Assembly: GCA_965116495.1 (NCBI GenBank)
Contig: OZ220696.1
Span: forward strand, 2,848,001 to 2,912,000
Source of the DNA: Gammaproteobacteria bacterium
GTDB taxonomy: Bacteria > Pseudomonadota > Gammaproteobacteria > Eutrophobiales > Eutrophobiaceae
DNA: 64,000 nt
Direction: 5' to 3'
The position numbers and the translations under genes were made by a program. Below the pieces are notes generated by a model. The model was not told where the DNA came from, did no database searches, and saw only the letters and a list, made by a program, of their open reading frames with translations. Below, piece by piece: positions 8,113-17,475 of this stretch. How positions within the stretch are numbered: position 1 is the first letter of the stretch; each line of letters starts with the position of its first letter.

Positions 8113-8297
8113 TACGTTTTTACCAACGCTTTGTCAGCCCTTTCCTGGGCGCGAACTGCCGGTTTTACCCGTCATGTTCCAGCTACGCCTGTGAAGCCAT
8201 GGAAAAACATGGTGTTCTGCGCGGTGCCTGGCTGAGCCTCAGGCGCCTGTGCCGCTGTCACCCGTTTCATCCGGGCGGTATCGACCCTGTTCCCTAG
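8100..8297 (+). CDS. yidD: Membrane protein insertion efficiency factor YidD
   Basis: [32 protein letters not shown]. Confidence 0.96.
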   Translation: MRSVVRFYQRFVSPFLGANCRFYPSCSSYACEAMEKHGVLRGAWLSLRRLCRCHPFHPGGIDPVP

Positions 8298-8328
8298 CCC
8301 GTATATGACACCAGGCCGATAGTCATTC

Positions 8329-9975
8329 ATGGACACCATACGATTTGTTCTCGTCCTGGCGTTGACGCTGGTATCCATCATGCTCTGGGAAGCATGGCAA
8401 CAGGACTATGGCGCCTCTGGCGCCGGCGCCGGCTCGCAGGAAACGACGCTGCCTGTCGAAGATCCTGGAATTCCACGGATAAAGTCCGATGACGCAACGA
8501 CGCCGGCCTACCCTGGTGACGAGGGGTCGGCGCTGACAGACGGCTCTTTGACCACGGTAGAGACGGACGTCCTGCGCCTGAAAATCGATCAGGGCGGGAC
8601 CATCGTGTTTGCCGAATTGCCGGATTACCCGGTTTCCCTGGATAAACCGGACCAGGCTTTCGTGCTGCTGGATAACTCTGCCGATCTGTACCATGTTATT
8701 CAGAGCGGCATTGTCGGCGAGCGTACACCCACCCACAGGGACGTGTTCTCACCGGGGCGTTCATCCTATACCCTCAACGAAGGCGACAACATCCTGGAAG
8801 TGCCGTTCACCTGGAAATCGGCAGACGGCGTAACAGTAACCAAGATTTTTGTTTTCGAACGCGGCTCTTACCGGATTCACCTCAAACACATCATTGAAAA
8901 CGGGTCGGACGCAGACTGGGAGGGCCGCCAATATACCCAGATAAAACGGGATGACCCGTCCAGGGAGGGCCGAAGACTGCTGTATACCTACACCGGTGCG
9001 GTGCTCTCCAGCCCCGATAACCGTTATGAGAAGATCAGCTTCGATGACATGGAAGACGCAGAGGCAGACGAGAATATCAGTAACGGCTGGGCAGCCATGA
9101 TACAGCATTATTTTTTAACGGCTATTCTCCCTGCCGACAAGGAGACCGTGTACCGTTACTATACCCGCGCGTTTTCTTCCCAGTATTATTCAATCGGTAA
9201 CGTCTCTCCGGCCCTGCAACTCCCCCCGGGCCAGCAGGGTGAACTGGACGACTATCTTTACGTGGGGCCCAAGCAGCAGTCCGAACTGGAACAACTGGCG
9301 GAAGGCCTGGAACTGACTGTTGATTACGGCTTTCTCTGGTTTCTGGCCAAACCGTTGTTCTGGTGCCTGGAGCGACTGCACGGGTTGACGGGCAACTGGG
9401 GCTGGTCAATCATCCTGGTGACGATCCTGCTCAAGCTCCTGTTCTACCACCTGTCGGCTACCGGCTATCGATCCATGGCGAACATGCGCCGGGTACAACC
9501 TCGCATCATGTCGATCCGCGATCGCTACAAGGACGATCGCGCCCGTTTGAACCAGGCGATGATGCAGATTTACAAGGAGGAGAAAATCAACCCGTTTGGC
9601 GGCTGCTTCCCGATACTGGTACAGATCCCGGTATTTCTCGCCCTGTACTGGGTATTGCTGGAAAGTGTCGAATTGAGACAGGCGGACTTTATCTTCTGGC
9701 TGAACGACCTGTCCAGCAAGGACCCTTTTTATGTTCTGCCGATCATCATGGGCGCGACCATGTTGATCCAGCAAAAGCTCAATCCCGCACCGATGGATCC
9801 CATGCAGGAGAAAGTGATGAAGGCCTTGCCTTTCATCTTCACGATATTCTTCGCTTTTTTTCCTTCCGGACTGGTACTGTACTGGGTTACCAACAATGTC
9901 CTGTCCATTGCCCAGCAGTGGCTTATCACGAGAAACCTGGAAAAGGAGGGTCTTTCAACTGCCAAGTCAAAGTAA
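8329..9975 (+). CDS. yidC: Membrane protein insertase YidC
   Basis: QHYF, YVGPK, VDYGFLWF, GNWGWSII, NPFGGCFPILVQIPVF. Confidence 0.98.
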   Translation: MDTIRFVLVLALTLVSIMLWEAWQQDYGASGAGAGSQETTLPVEDPGIPRIKSDDATTPAYPGDEGSALTDGSLTTVETDVLRLKIDQGGTIVFAELPDYPVSLDKPDQAFVLLDNSADLYHVIQSGIVGERTPTHRDVFSPGRSSYTLNEGDNILEVPFTWKSADGVTVTKIFVFERGSYRIHLKHIIENGSDADWEGRQYTQIKRDDPSREGRRLLYTYTGAVLSSPDNRYEKISFDDMEDAEADENISNGWAAMIQHYFLTAILPADKETVYRYYTRAFSSQYYSIGNVSPALQLPPGQQGELDDYLYVGPKQQSELEQLAEGLELTVDYGFLWFLAKPLFWCLERLHGLTGNWGWSIILVTILLKLLFYHLSATGYRSMANMRRVQPRIMSIRDRYKDDRARLNQAMMQIYKEEKINPFGGCFPILVQIPVFLALYWVLLESVELRQADFIFWLNDLSSKDPFYVLPIIMGATMLIQQKLNPAPMDPMQEKVMKALPFIFTIFFAFFPSGLVLYWVTNNVLSIAQQWLITRNLEKEGLSTAKSK

Positions 9976-9989
9976 TTGACAGGCTGCAC

Positions 9990-10099
9990 GTCATTCCAGC
10001 GAAGCATGTCGTAAGCGGGGAGCTGGAATCCAGTCAAATAATCTTCCTTGTTATAATAAGGGCAGTGTTTTCCTGGATTCCGGCATTCGCCGGAATGAC
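9990..10099. repeat. Convergent doublet of GTCATTCC-type palindromes; the first carries a 17-nt nested insert
   Basis: GTCATTCCAGCGAA[GCATGTCGTAAGCGGGG]AGCTGGAATCCAG and CTGGATTCCGGCATTCGCCGGAATGAC. Confidence 0.85.
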
Positions 10100-10117
10100 A
10101 GCCGACCCTGACCCACA

Positions 10118-11473
10118 GTGACAGAACATACAGATACCATCGCGGCAATCGCTACGCCGCCGGGACAGGGAGCGGTGGGTATCGTGAAAATATCCGGCCC
10201 TGACAGCGCCAGGATTATCACGACGGTGTGCCGGAATAAACCGGCTCATCGACAGTGCCGGTATACGGCGTTTTACGGCGATCAGGGACAGGTCCTGGAT
10301 CGCGGCCTGGCGCTGTTTTTCCAAGGCCCCGATTCCCACACCGGCGGGGACGTGGCCGAGTTGCACGGCCACGGCGGGCCGGTGGTCATGAACCTGTTGC
10401 TGCAACGCGTATTGTCGCTGGGCGCCCGCTATGCGCGCCCCGGCGAGTTCAGCGAACGCGCCTTCCTCAATAACAAGATTGACCTGCTGCAAGCTGAAGC
10501 CGTGGCGGACCTGATCAGCAGCGCCTCCGAACAAGCGGCGCTGAGCGCGGTACGCGCCATGGAGGGCGCATTTTCTTCACGCCTGGATGAACTGGCGCAG
10601 AAAGTAATCGAATTGCGCATGTTTATCGAAGCCACGCTGGACTTTCCCGAGGAAGAAGTCGATGGCCTGACGCAGGCAGAATTGAATGAGCGACTGGCGG
10701 ACTGCCGGCGCTGCCTGGACGAGATTTGCGCGCAGGCGGAAAGCGGCAGGTTGCTGGCAGAAGGCTTGAAAATAGCGCTGCTGGGCAAACCCAATGCGGG
10801 CAAATCCAGCCTGCTGAACCGGCTGGCCGAGGCTGAGCGCGCCATTGTCTCCCCCCGGCCCGGCACCACCCGGGATACTATTGAGCAGCGCATTTTGATC
10901 GACGGCATCCCGCTCAGCGTCATCGACACGGCCGGGATAAGAGAGGCCGGCAACCAGATTGAACGGGAAGGGGTCAGGCGCACCAGGGCGGCGGCGGCTG
11001 ATGCGGATATAGTGATCCTGATTGCCGATACCTGCCGCAACGATGTTGCGGATTTACGTGCGGTCGCCGCAGAGCTGGGACCTGGAAAAAACCTGTTGTA
11101 CGTCTTCAACAAGATCGACTTGTCGGGACATGCAGCCGGCAAGCCCGCGGTGCCGGCAGACCGGCGGGAGATTTACCTTTCCGCAAAAACCGGGGCTGGA
11201 GTGGACGCGCTGAAGAAGGAGATTAAAGACCTGGTTACCGGCGCGGACTATTCGGAAAACAGTTTCATCGCTCACACCCGCCATATCGACGTATTACACA
11301 AAGCCGCAACGCAACTCAGGGAAGCCACAGCACGATTCCACCAGCACCGCGCCACTGAACTGTTCGCCGATGATCTCACCCGCGTGCAGCAGACCTTGGG
11401 GGAGTTGACCGGCGAGCACACCCCGGATGACCTGCTCGGCGAGATCTTCTCCCGTTTTTGTATCGGCAAATAG
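10118..11473 (+). CDS. mnmE: tRNA modification GTPase MnmE
   Basis: DTIAAIATPPG, HGHGG, GKPNAGKSS, DTAG, NKID, C-terminal FCIGK. Confidence 0.98.
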   Translation: MTEHTDTIAAIATPPGQGAVGIVKISGPDSARIITTVCRNKPAHRQCRYTAFYGDQGQVLDRGLALFFQGPDSHTGGDVAELHGHGGPVVMNLLLQRVLSLGARYARPGEFSERAFLNNKIDLLQAEAVADLISSASEQAALSAVRAMEGAFSSRLDELAQKVIELRMFIEATLDFPEEEVDGLTQAELNERLADCRRCLDEICAQAESGRLLAEGLKIALLGKPNAGKSSLLNRLAEAERAIVSPRPGTTRDTIEQRILIDGIPLSVIDTAGIREAGNQIEREGVRRTRAAAADADIVILIADTCRNDVADLRAVAAELGPGKNLLYVFNKIDLSGHAAGKPAVPADRREIYLSAKTGAGVDALKKEIKDLVTGADYSENSFIAHTRHIDVLHKAATQLREATARFHQHRATELFADDLTRVQQTLGELTGEHTPDDLLGEIFSRFCIGK

Positions 11474-11583
11474 CCGGCAGGCTACTGCGAACAGGATCCA
11501 GTCCGCATCACCGCGGCGTGTTCCTGCCAATTATTATCCTGACAGTTAGAGGGACGGTTGCCTTGTTGAAAGGACTTACCGTG

Positions 11584-12416
11584 TTATGTATAGAATACAA
11601 AGTGGGCGTCCAGCATGTCGTCACCAGTCCCGCCTACCAGTAAGTCATCCCCACCGTCAGGACCGCCGTACAACACGTCATTGCCTTCCTTGCCATCCAG
11701 CGTATCATCACCGTGATAACCCCACAGCCAGTTTGCATCCTGGTTACCGACCAGCACGTCGTTATGGGCAGAGCCAAACACGTCTGAGATATCAAAAATT
11801 TCGATCTCCTGTCCTGCTTCCTCATTATCATCCCCCCCGAAAAACAAGTGATGGCAATCTTCTCAAAGTCGGAAACTTCGCAGTCCGATTGCCTGGGGCC
11901 ACCTTCGAGCCAGTCCCATCCTCTCCCGCCGTCGAGTTCGTCGTCACCGGCGCCACCGATGAGCCTGGTATGCAAATAATAGTCGCTCCTGTCAGTGCCG
12001 ACGAGGCTGAGGGGGTCAGCGTCAACGTCATACACCGCCAACTGGTAGCGGCCGGAATTGTCCTGGATCGGGTTACCCGTGAAGGCGCCGACGCTGAGGT
12101 AGTACGTGGCCGTGACCTCGGGTGAGAACATCAGCCTTGAATTAACCATCCCCGCGGCACAGTCCACGTCGTCATGAAAGCCCACCTGCTCCCCTGCCTG
12201 GTTGTAAATCCTGAGCACTGTATCCGTGTCCGCATCAGGCCCGATGCCGCGCAGTTTGATGTCATAGTTTCTCCCCTCCACCAGTTCCACCCTGGTCCTG
12301 TCTTCATCGGACTTGTCCGCCAGCACGCCTTCAAAGCCCTCGCCAACAGATATCATGTACGCGGTGTCAACAGATGCGGCTGCATCCTGAGTCTTATCTC
12401 CCACAGAATGTGTCAT
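11584..12416 (-). pseudogene. Frameshifted and truncated PPC-domain / RTX-type Ca2+-binding repeat protein
   Basis: Frame 1: PPC-like DTVLRIY...HDD...TYYLSVGAF...GRYQLAV then GGAGDDELDGGRGWDWLEGG; homology continues in another frame ([29 protein letters not shown]...GGTGDDMLD) and stops abruptly. Confidence 0.75.
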
Positions 12417-12502
12417 AACTTATCTCCTGTGACAAAAATTCACAGCATATAATAAGGTGCCTTATCAATATGACACTTTTTTTCGGTTCATGGGAGCTCC
12501 CG

Positions 12503-13450
12503 GTGATTAACAAGAGATGTAAATTCCTCTTCATCACGCTGAGCAATATTGGCGATGCGTTGTTGACGACCCCGGTATTGCAGTTTTTACACCGGTATGA
12601 TGAAACCGCGACCGTCGATATAGTCGGCGACGAGCGTTCGTCCATGCTGTTCCTTCACTGTCCTTACCGGGGTGAGATTTATCACAAGCAGAAACAACGG
12701 TTTTTACGCGGGACGCCGTCCCTGCTGCTCGAACTGCGCCGCAAGCGCTACGACCTGGTTGTCGATTTGCGCACGGACATCCTGGCGCGCTTGGTCAGGG
12801 CCGACAAAAGACTTGTGAAGACAGCCGGGGGCGGGCAGGCCCATGCGGTTGAACGGCATTTTGCCGCCATTTCACCAATAACCGGAGATCAGGAAATACT
12901 GTCTACCACCTTGTGGCCGGGACAGGCGGACCGGGATTATGCCGACGGGGTTTGTCGGCAACTGCCCGGCAACCGATGGCTGTGCATCGGCCCCGGCGCA
13001 AACTGGGAGAAGAAGATCTGGCCGGCGGCAAAATATGCGACGGCGGCAGACGAACTCCGCGGCGGGTTTGACGCGCTCGTTCTGCTGGGCAATAAGGCCG
13101 ATAATCGGCAGGCGGAACTCGTTGCCGAGCGCGCGGCGTTGCCATGCGTCAACCTCTGTGGCCGCACGACACTGCTGCAGGCCGCCGCCGTGCTGGCGCG
13201 GGTGACCCTGTTTCTCGGGAATGACTCCGGCCTCGGCCACATGGCCGCCGCCGTCGACACCCCTTCCTTCACCCTGTTCGGTCCCGGCAGCCCCGAACAT
13301 TACCGCCCCTGGGGACCTCGCGCCGCCTGGTATGCCGCTCCCGATCACAACATTGAAACCATCCCGGTCAACATCGTCGCGGAAAAACTTCACGCACACC
13401 TTGCGCACCTGTCCGGGACTGAAGCTGCTTATACGGTTTCTCCGGTTTGA
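12503..13450 (+). CDS. Glycosyltransferase family 9 (LPS heptosyltransferase-like)
   Basis: SNIGDALLTTP, GPGA..EKKIWP, GNDSGLGHMAAA, LFGP; GTG start after GGGAG. Confidence 0.9.
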   Translation: MINKRCKFLFITLSNIGDALLTTPVLQFLHRYDETATVDIVGDERSSMLFLHCPYRGEIYHKQKQRFLRGTPSLLLELRRKRYDLVVDLRTDILARLVRADKRLVKTAGGGQAHAVERHFAAISPITGDQEILSTTLWPGQADRDYADGVCRQLPGNRWLCIGPGANWEKKIWPAAKYATAADELRGGFDALVLLGNKADNRQAELVAERAALPCVNLCGRTTLLQAAAVLARVTLFLGNDSGLGHMAAAVDTPSFTLFGPGSPEHYRPWGPRAAWYAAPDHNIETIPVNIVAEKLHAHLAHLSGTEAAYTVSPV

Positions 13451-13469
13451 TGTTAGAATTGCGGTTTGA

Positions 13470-13511
13470 GGAACCTCTGATAGGTCCTGGACAGACTTGA
13501 TCAGGGCTTCC
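13470..13511. mobile_element. Minimal IS5-family-like element (two imperfect TIRs, 7-bp spacer)
   Basis: GGAACCTCTGATAGGTC-N7-GACTTGATCAGGGCTTCC followed by TTAA. Confidence 0.55.
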
Positions 13512-13561
13512 TTAAATTTTCGGAAAGCGTATAAATAATCAAATGTTGAAGGAGACATCAC

Positions 13562-14512
13562 ATGACAATGGCTGATCGCGACGGCGTCATCTGGTTTGAC
13601 GGCGAACTGGTTCCCTGGCGGGAGGCGAACGTGCATGTGCTTACCCACACGCTGCATTACGGCGTGGGGGTATTCGAAGGCATGCGCGCCTACGAGACGC
13701 CGCGCGGCGTTGCTATTTTCAGGCTGCATGACCACACCCGGCGCATGGCGCGTTCGGCGCATATCCTGGGGATGCGCCTGCCCCACACCTTCGACGAGAT
13801 TAACGAAGCCTGTATCACGGTAGTGCGGGAGAACGCCCTGTCAGCGGCCTATGTCCGGCCCATCTGTTTTTACGGGTCCGAGGGAATGGGACTGCGCGCG
13901 GACAACCTCAGCGTTCATGTGGCGGTCGCCGCCTGGGAATGGGGCGCTTACCTGGGCGATGAGGGACTGGAGAAGGGCATCCACATCAGGACGTCATCCT
14001 TCACCCGGCACCACGTGAATATCTCCATGTGCAAGGCCAAAGCCGTCGGCCATTACATCAATTCCATCCTTGCCTTGCACGAAGCCCTGGAATGCGGTTA
14101 CGACGAGGCGCTGCTGCTGGATAACGAAGGCTATGTCGCAGAGGGCAGCGGTGAGAACATCTTTATCGTACGCGACGGCATGATTTACACCCCGGACCTG
14201 ACCTCCGCCCTGGAAGGCGTGACCCGTGACACCATCATGGTGTTCGCCCGCGACCTGGGCATCGAAGTAAAGGAAAAACGGCTGACCCGGGACGAGGTCT
14301 ACATCGCCGATGAGGCGTTTTTCACCGGATCTGCGGCGGAAGTCACCCCCGTAGTGGAACTGGACAACCGGGCAATCGGGACAGGCCGGCGCGGACCGGT
14401 GACCACGAAACTCCAGAACATGTTTTTCGACCAGGTTCAAGGCCGCAGGGTCAGGCATCCGGAGTGGCTGACTTATGTGGAGGAAACCGGCGAGGTGGCT
14501 CAGGCAGTATGA
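13562..14512 (+). CDS. ilvE: Branched-chain amino acid aminotransferase
   Basis: HTLHYG.GVFEG.RAY, KAKAVGHY, EGSGENIF, LEGVTR, ADEAFFTG. Confidence 0.97.
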   Translation: MTMADRDGVIWFDGELVPWREANVHVLTHTLHYGVGVFEGMRAYETPRGVAIFRLHDHTRRMARSAHILGMRLPHTFDEINEACITVVRENALSAAYVRPICFYGSEGMGLRADNLSVHVAVAAWEWGAYLGDEGLEKGIHIRTSSFTRHHVNISMCKAKAVGHYINSILALHEALECGYDEALLLDNEGYVAEGSGENIFIVRDGMIYTPDLTSALEGVTRDTIMVFARDLGIEVKEKRLTRDEVYIADEAFFTGSAAEVTPVVELDNRAIGTGRRGPVTTKLQNMFFDQVQGRRVRHPEWLTYVEETGEVAQAV

Positions 14513-14706
14513 GCAGCAGCGGAGTCAATACGCCGAATGACAGGCAACATTATGAAGTCAGCCGGCGCGACCTGCCCCTGCATTGCCCCCTGCCGGACAT
14601 GAGTCTGTGGAATTCCCACCCGCGGGTGTACCTGCCCATAGAGAATACGGGCGAGGCGAAATGCCCATACTGCGGAACCGAGTTCACGCTGGAATCCTCC
14701 GACTGA
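14509..14706 (+). CDS. Small zinc-finger protein (zf-CHCC type)
   Basis: LPLHCP...WNSHPRVYLPI...CPYCGT; start overlaps the ilvE stop. Confidence 0.9.
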   Translation: MSSSGVNTPNDRQHYEVSRRDLPLHCPLPDMSLWNSHPRVYLPIENTGEAKCPYCGTEFTLESSD

Positions 14707-14712
14707 CCCGGA

Positions 14713-15678
14713 TTGAACCACGTATCCCGTCAAGACTCAGTCGATCCTGTCATCCTCTGGCAGATCTGTGACGGAAAACGCGGTCACCTGAGCCAGTCCA
14801 CCGGGTTGATCGAGGCCCTGCGCCGGCGCGCGCCGCTGGCGGTGCACCAGGTGACGGCACCGCCGTTGATCCGGTCCCTGGCATCCTGTCTCAGCGGAAA
14901 AACTCCATGGCCGGCGGACCTGCCGGCACCACGTGTGGCTGTCGGCGCCGGCCACGCAACCCACGCAGCGCTGTTGGCTGTCAGCCGGGGCTACCGAGCC
15001 AGGACCGTCGTGATCATGCGCCCCAGCCTGCCGCTAAGCTGGTTTGATTACGTGCTGGCGCCGGCCCATGACGACCCGCCGGTGCAGGATAACGTCATTA
15101 TTACCAGTGGCGCCATCAATCCCATGCAGGCCGGACAGGAGCACGACCCGGAGCGCGGACTGATCCTGGTCGGCGGCCCTTCCCGGCATTACCGTATGGA
15201 TGCCGAAGCGCTGCTGTCCCGTATCAGGCAGGTGCTGGCGCGCCCATCGCCCCGCTACTGGACCCTGTCCAATTCCCCCAGGACGCCCGCGCAACTGAAC
15301 CGGGAGCTGATCGGGTTGCAAGCCGCGGGAGTCGAGGTGGCGCCGTGGGATCGCTGCGGACCGGGCTGGCTGGCTGAAACCCTGGCGCGCACTCGCGACG
15401 TATGGGTGACCGAAGACAGTGTTTCCATGATCTACGAGGCGCTGACTTCCGGCTGCCGCGTGGGACTGCTGCCGCTGCCTAGAAAATCCGCAAGCCGTCT
15501 GCACCGGGCGATCGATCAGCTGCTCGAGGATAGCTTCGTGAGCGCGCACAACAACCGGGATGCCGGGGCGGAACTGCGGTCTCCACCCCGGACGTTGAAT
15601 GAGGCCGACCGATGCGCCGGGCTGCTGTTGAAGAAAGGGCTGTTGTCTGAAATCGCCGGGGCTGCAACATGCCCCTGA
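14713..15678 (+). CDS. ELM1/GtrOC1 family putative glycosyltransferase
   Basis: DGKRGHLSQS.GL, PAHD, LVGGPS, SPRTP, VTEDSVSMIYEALTSG. Confidence 0.88.
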   Translation: MNHVSRQDSVDPVILWQICDGKRGHLSQSTGLIEALRRRAPLAVHQVTAPPLIRSLASCLSGKTPWPADLPAPRVAVGAGHATHAALLAVSRGYRARTVVIMRPSLPLSWFDYVLAPAHDDPPVQDNVIITSGAINPMQAGQEHDPERGLILVGGPSRHYRMDAEALLSRIRQVLARPSPRYWTLSNSPRTPAQLNRELIGLQAAGVEVAPWDRCGPGWLAETLARTRDVWVTEDSVSMIYEALTSGCRVGLLPLPRKSASRLHRAIDQLLEDSFVSAHNNRDAGAELRSPPRTLNEADRCAGLLLKKGLLSEIAGAATCP

Positions 15679-16778
15679 CCGTGCTGCAAACACTACCGGC
15701 CCTGGAGACGGGCGGCGTGGAACGCGGGACCGTTGACGTGGGCGCCGAACTGGTGCGCCGCGGCCATCGGTCGCTGGTGATATCTTCCGGCGGGGTGTTG
15801 ACGGCCGAACTCAGCGCCGGCGGCTCACGCCATTATGCCTGGCCCATCGGAAAAAAATCCCCATTCACGCTACTGCTGGCGTCCCGGTTGCGACGCTTCC
15901 TGCAAGAGGAAAAGGTGGATATCCTGCATGCGCGCTCGCGCCTGCCGGCCTGGGTCTCTTACCTGGCCTGGAAAAACATGCCGGCAGAAGACCGGCCCGT
16001 ATTCATCACCACCGTTCACGGCCCCTACCGTGCAGGCCGCTACAGCGCAGTCATGACCCGGGGGCAGAAGGTGATAGCCATTTCCAGGTATATCCATGAT
16101 TACATACTGGCGAATTACCCGAGAGTTGACCCCGGGAAGGTATCGATCATCCAGCGCGGGGTGGACCCCGGACGTTTCCCCTGTGGATACCGTCCCGCCG
16201 AAGAATGGCTGGCGCGCTGGCGCATGGACCGGCCCTACCTGCAGGACAAGGCGTTGGTTACCCTCCCCGGGCGTATCACCCGCTGGAAGGGCCACACGGA
16301 TTTTGTCGACATCATCGGGCGCCTGAAGCAGGCCGGCGCCCATGTCCACGGCCTGGTAGCGGGCGGCGCAGAGCCGCGCCGCGAGCGGTTCCTCAAAGAA
16401 TTAATCCGGTCGGTAAACCGTCGCGGCCTGGGAAACGACATCAGTTTCCTGGGCCGGCGCGACGACCTGCGCGAAGTGCTGGGCGTCTCCGACGTCGTCC
16501 TGTCACTGGCAAACATTCCCGAAGCCTTCGGCAGGACCACGCTGGAAGCCTTGTCGCTGGGACGCCCGGTGGTCGCCTACGCCCACGGGGGCGCCGAAGA
16601 AGTACTGGAGGAACTGCAGCCGGACGGCCTGGTCGAACCGGGGAATACTGGGGCCGCAGCCGGGAAGATTCAGGACTTCCTCAAAACCCGGCCGCATATC
16701 ACCTCCAACCGGAGCTTCACCCTGGAACGGATGCTGGACAAGACCCTGGCCTTATACGAGCAGGCCCGCGATTTATGA
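15669..16778 (+). CDS. Glycosyltransferase family 4
   Basis: LPALETGGVERGT, HARSRLPAW, GRITRWKGH, EAFGRTTLEA. Confidence 0.93.
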   Translation: MPLTVLQTLPALETGGVERGTVDVGAELVRRGHRSLVISSGGVLTAELSAGGSRHYAWPIGKKSPFTLLLASRLRRFLQEEKVDILHARSRLPAWVSYLAWKNMPAEDRPVFITTVHGPYRAGRYSAVMTRGQKVIAISRYIHDYILANYPRVDPGKVSIIQRGVDPGRFPCGYRPAEEWLARWRMDRPYLQDKALVTLPGRITRWKGHTDFVDIIGRLKQAGAHVHGLVAGGAEPRRERFLKELIRSVNRRGLGNDISFLGRRDDLREVLGVSDVVLSLANIPEAFGRTTLEALSLGRPVVAYAHGGAEEVLEELQPDGLVEPGNTGAAAGKIQDFLKTRPHITSNRSFTLERMLDKTLALYEQARDL

Positions 16779-17458
16779 AAAATCCATTCGGCAACCTGAG
16801 GGAACGTCTTTACCAGCGCTTCATGCATAAATTCTATGCCCGCGACCTCTTGCTCGAACTGCAATTGCAGGCCAGGCGCGAGACCCTGGAATATATCAAC
16901 AGCAACATGCGGCACTGTGTGATCTGCCGCAACAGGCAGGTCTTATTCGAATACGCCCTGAGCCATGCCGGCCGTGACGGCCTGGCTACCGAATTCGGCG
17001 TGGCGCGGGGCAACAGTATCAGGTTGCTGGCCAAGTTGACCGGCGATACCGTTCACGGTTTCGATTCCTTTCTCGGCCTGCCCGAAGACTGGGCCGGCGC
17101 AACCGAAAGGCGCGGCGCATTTGCCGGTCGCCTCCGGCGTCTGCCCGGAAACGTCAAAATCCATGAAGGAATGTTCTCCGAAAGCCTGCCCGCGTTCCTC
17201 GATAAATATGACCAACCCATGCGCTTCATGCATGTGGACTGCGATCTGTATGCGTCCGCCCGCACCGTATTCGACCTGCTGAAGCCGCGCATCGGACCCG
17301 GAACGGTGATCGTGTTCGATGAGTATTTCAATTACCCGAACTGGCAGGAACATGAGTTCAAGGCGTTCCAGGAATATATCGGGGAGGAACACTGGAACTA
17401 CGAATACCTGGCCTTTTGCGCCAGGGGCGGCTCGGTGGCGGTGAGGATCACCGCCTGA
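16775..17458 (+). CDS. TylF/MycF-like class I SAM-dependent O-methyltransferase
   Basis: EFGV..G.S, GFDSFLGLPEDW, HVDCDLY.S, IVFDEYFNY; ATG 16775 overlaps the GT4 stop. Confidence 0.85.
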   Translation: MKNPFGNLRERLYQRFMHKFYARDLLLELQLQARRETLEYINSNMRHCVICRNRQVLFEYALSHAGRDGLATEFGVARGNSIRLLAKLTGDTVHGFDSFLGLPEDWAGATERRGAFAGRLRRLPGNVKIHEGMFSESLPAFLDKYDQPMRFMHVDCDLYASARTVFDLLKPRIGPGTVIVFDEYFNYPNWQEHEFKAFQEYIGEEHWNYEYLAFCARGGSVAVRITA

Positions 17459-17475
17459 ATGGTCCGGGACTTTAC

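Noticed and set aside
16205-16774. N-terminal extension of the methyltransferase ORF
   Set aside because: Alternate-frame overlap with the GT4 gene; the real start is ATG 16775.
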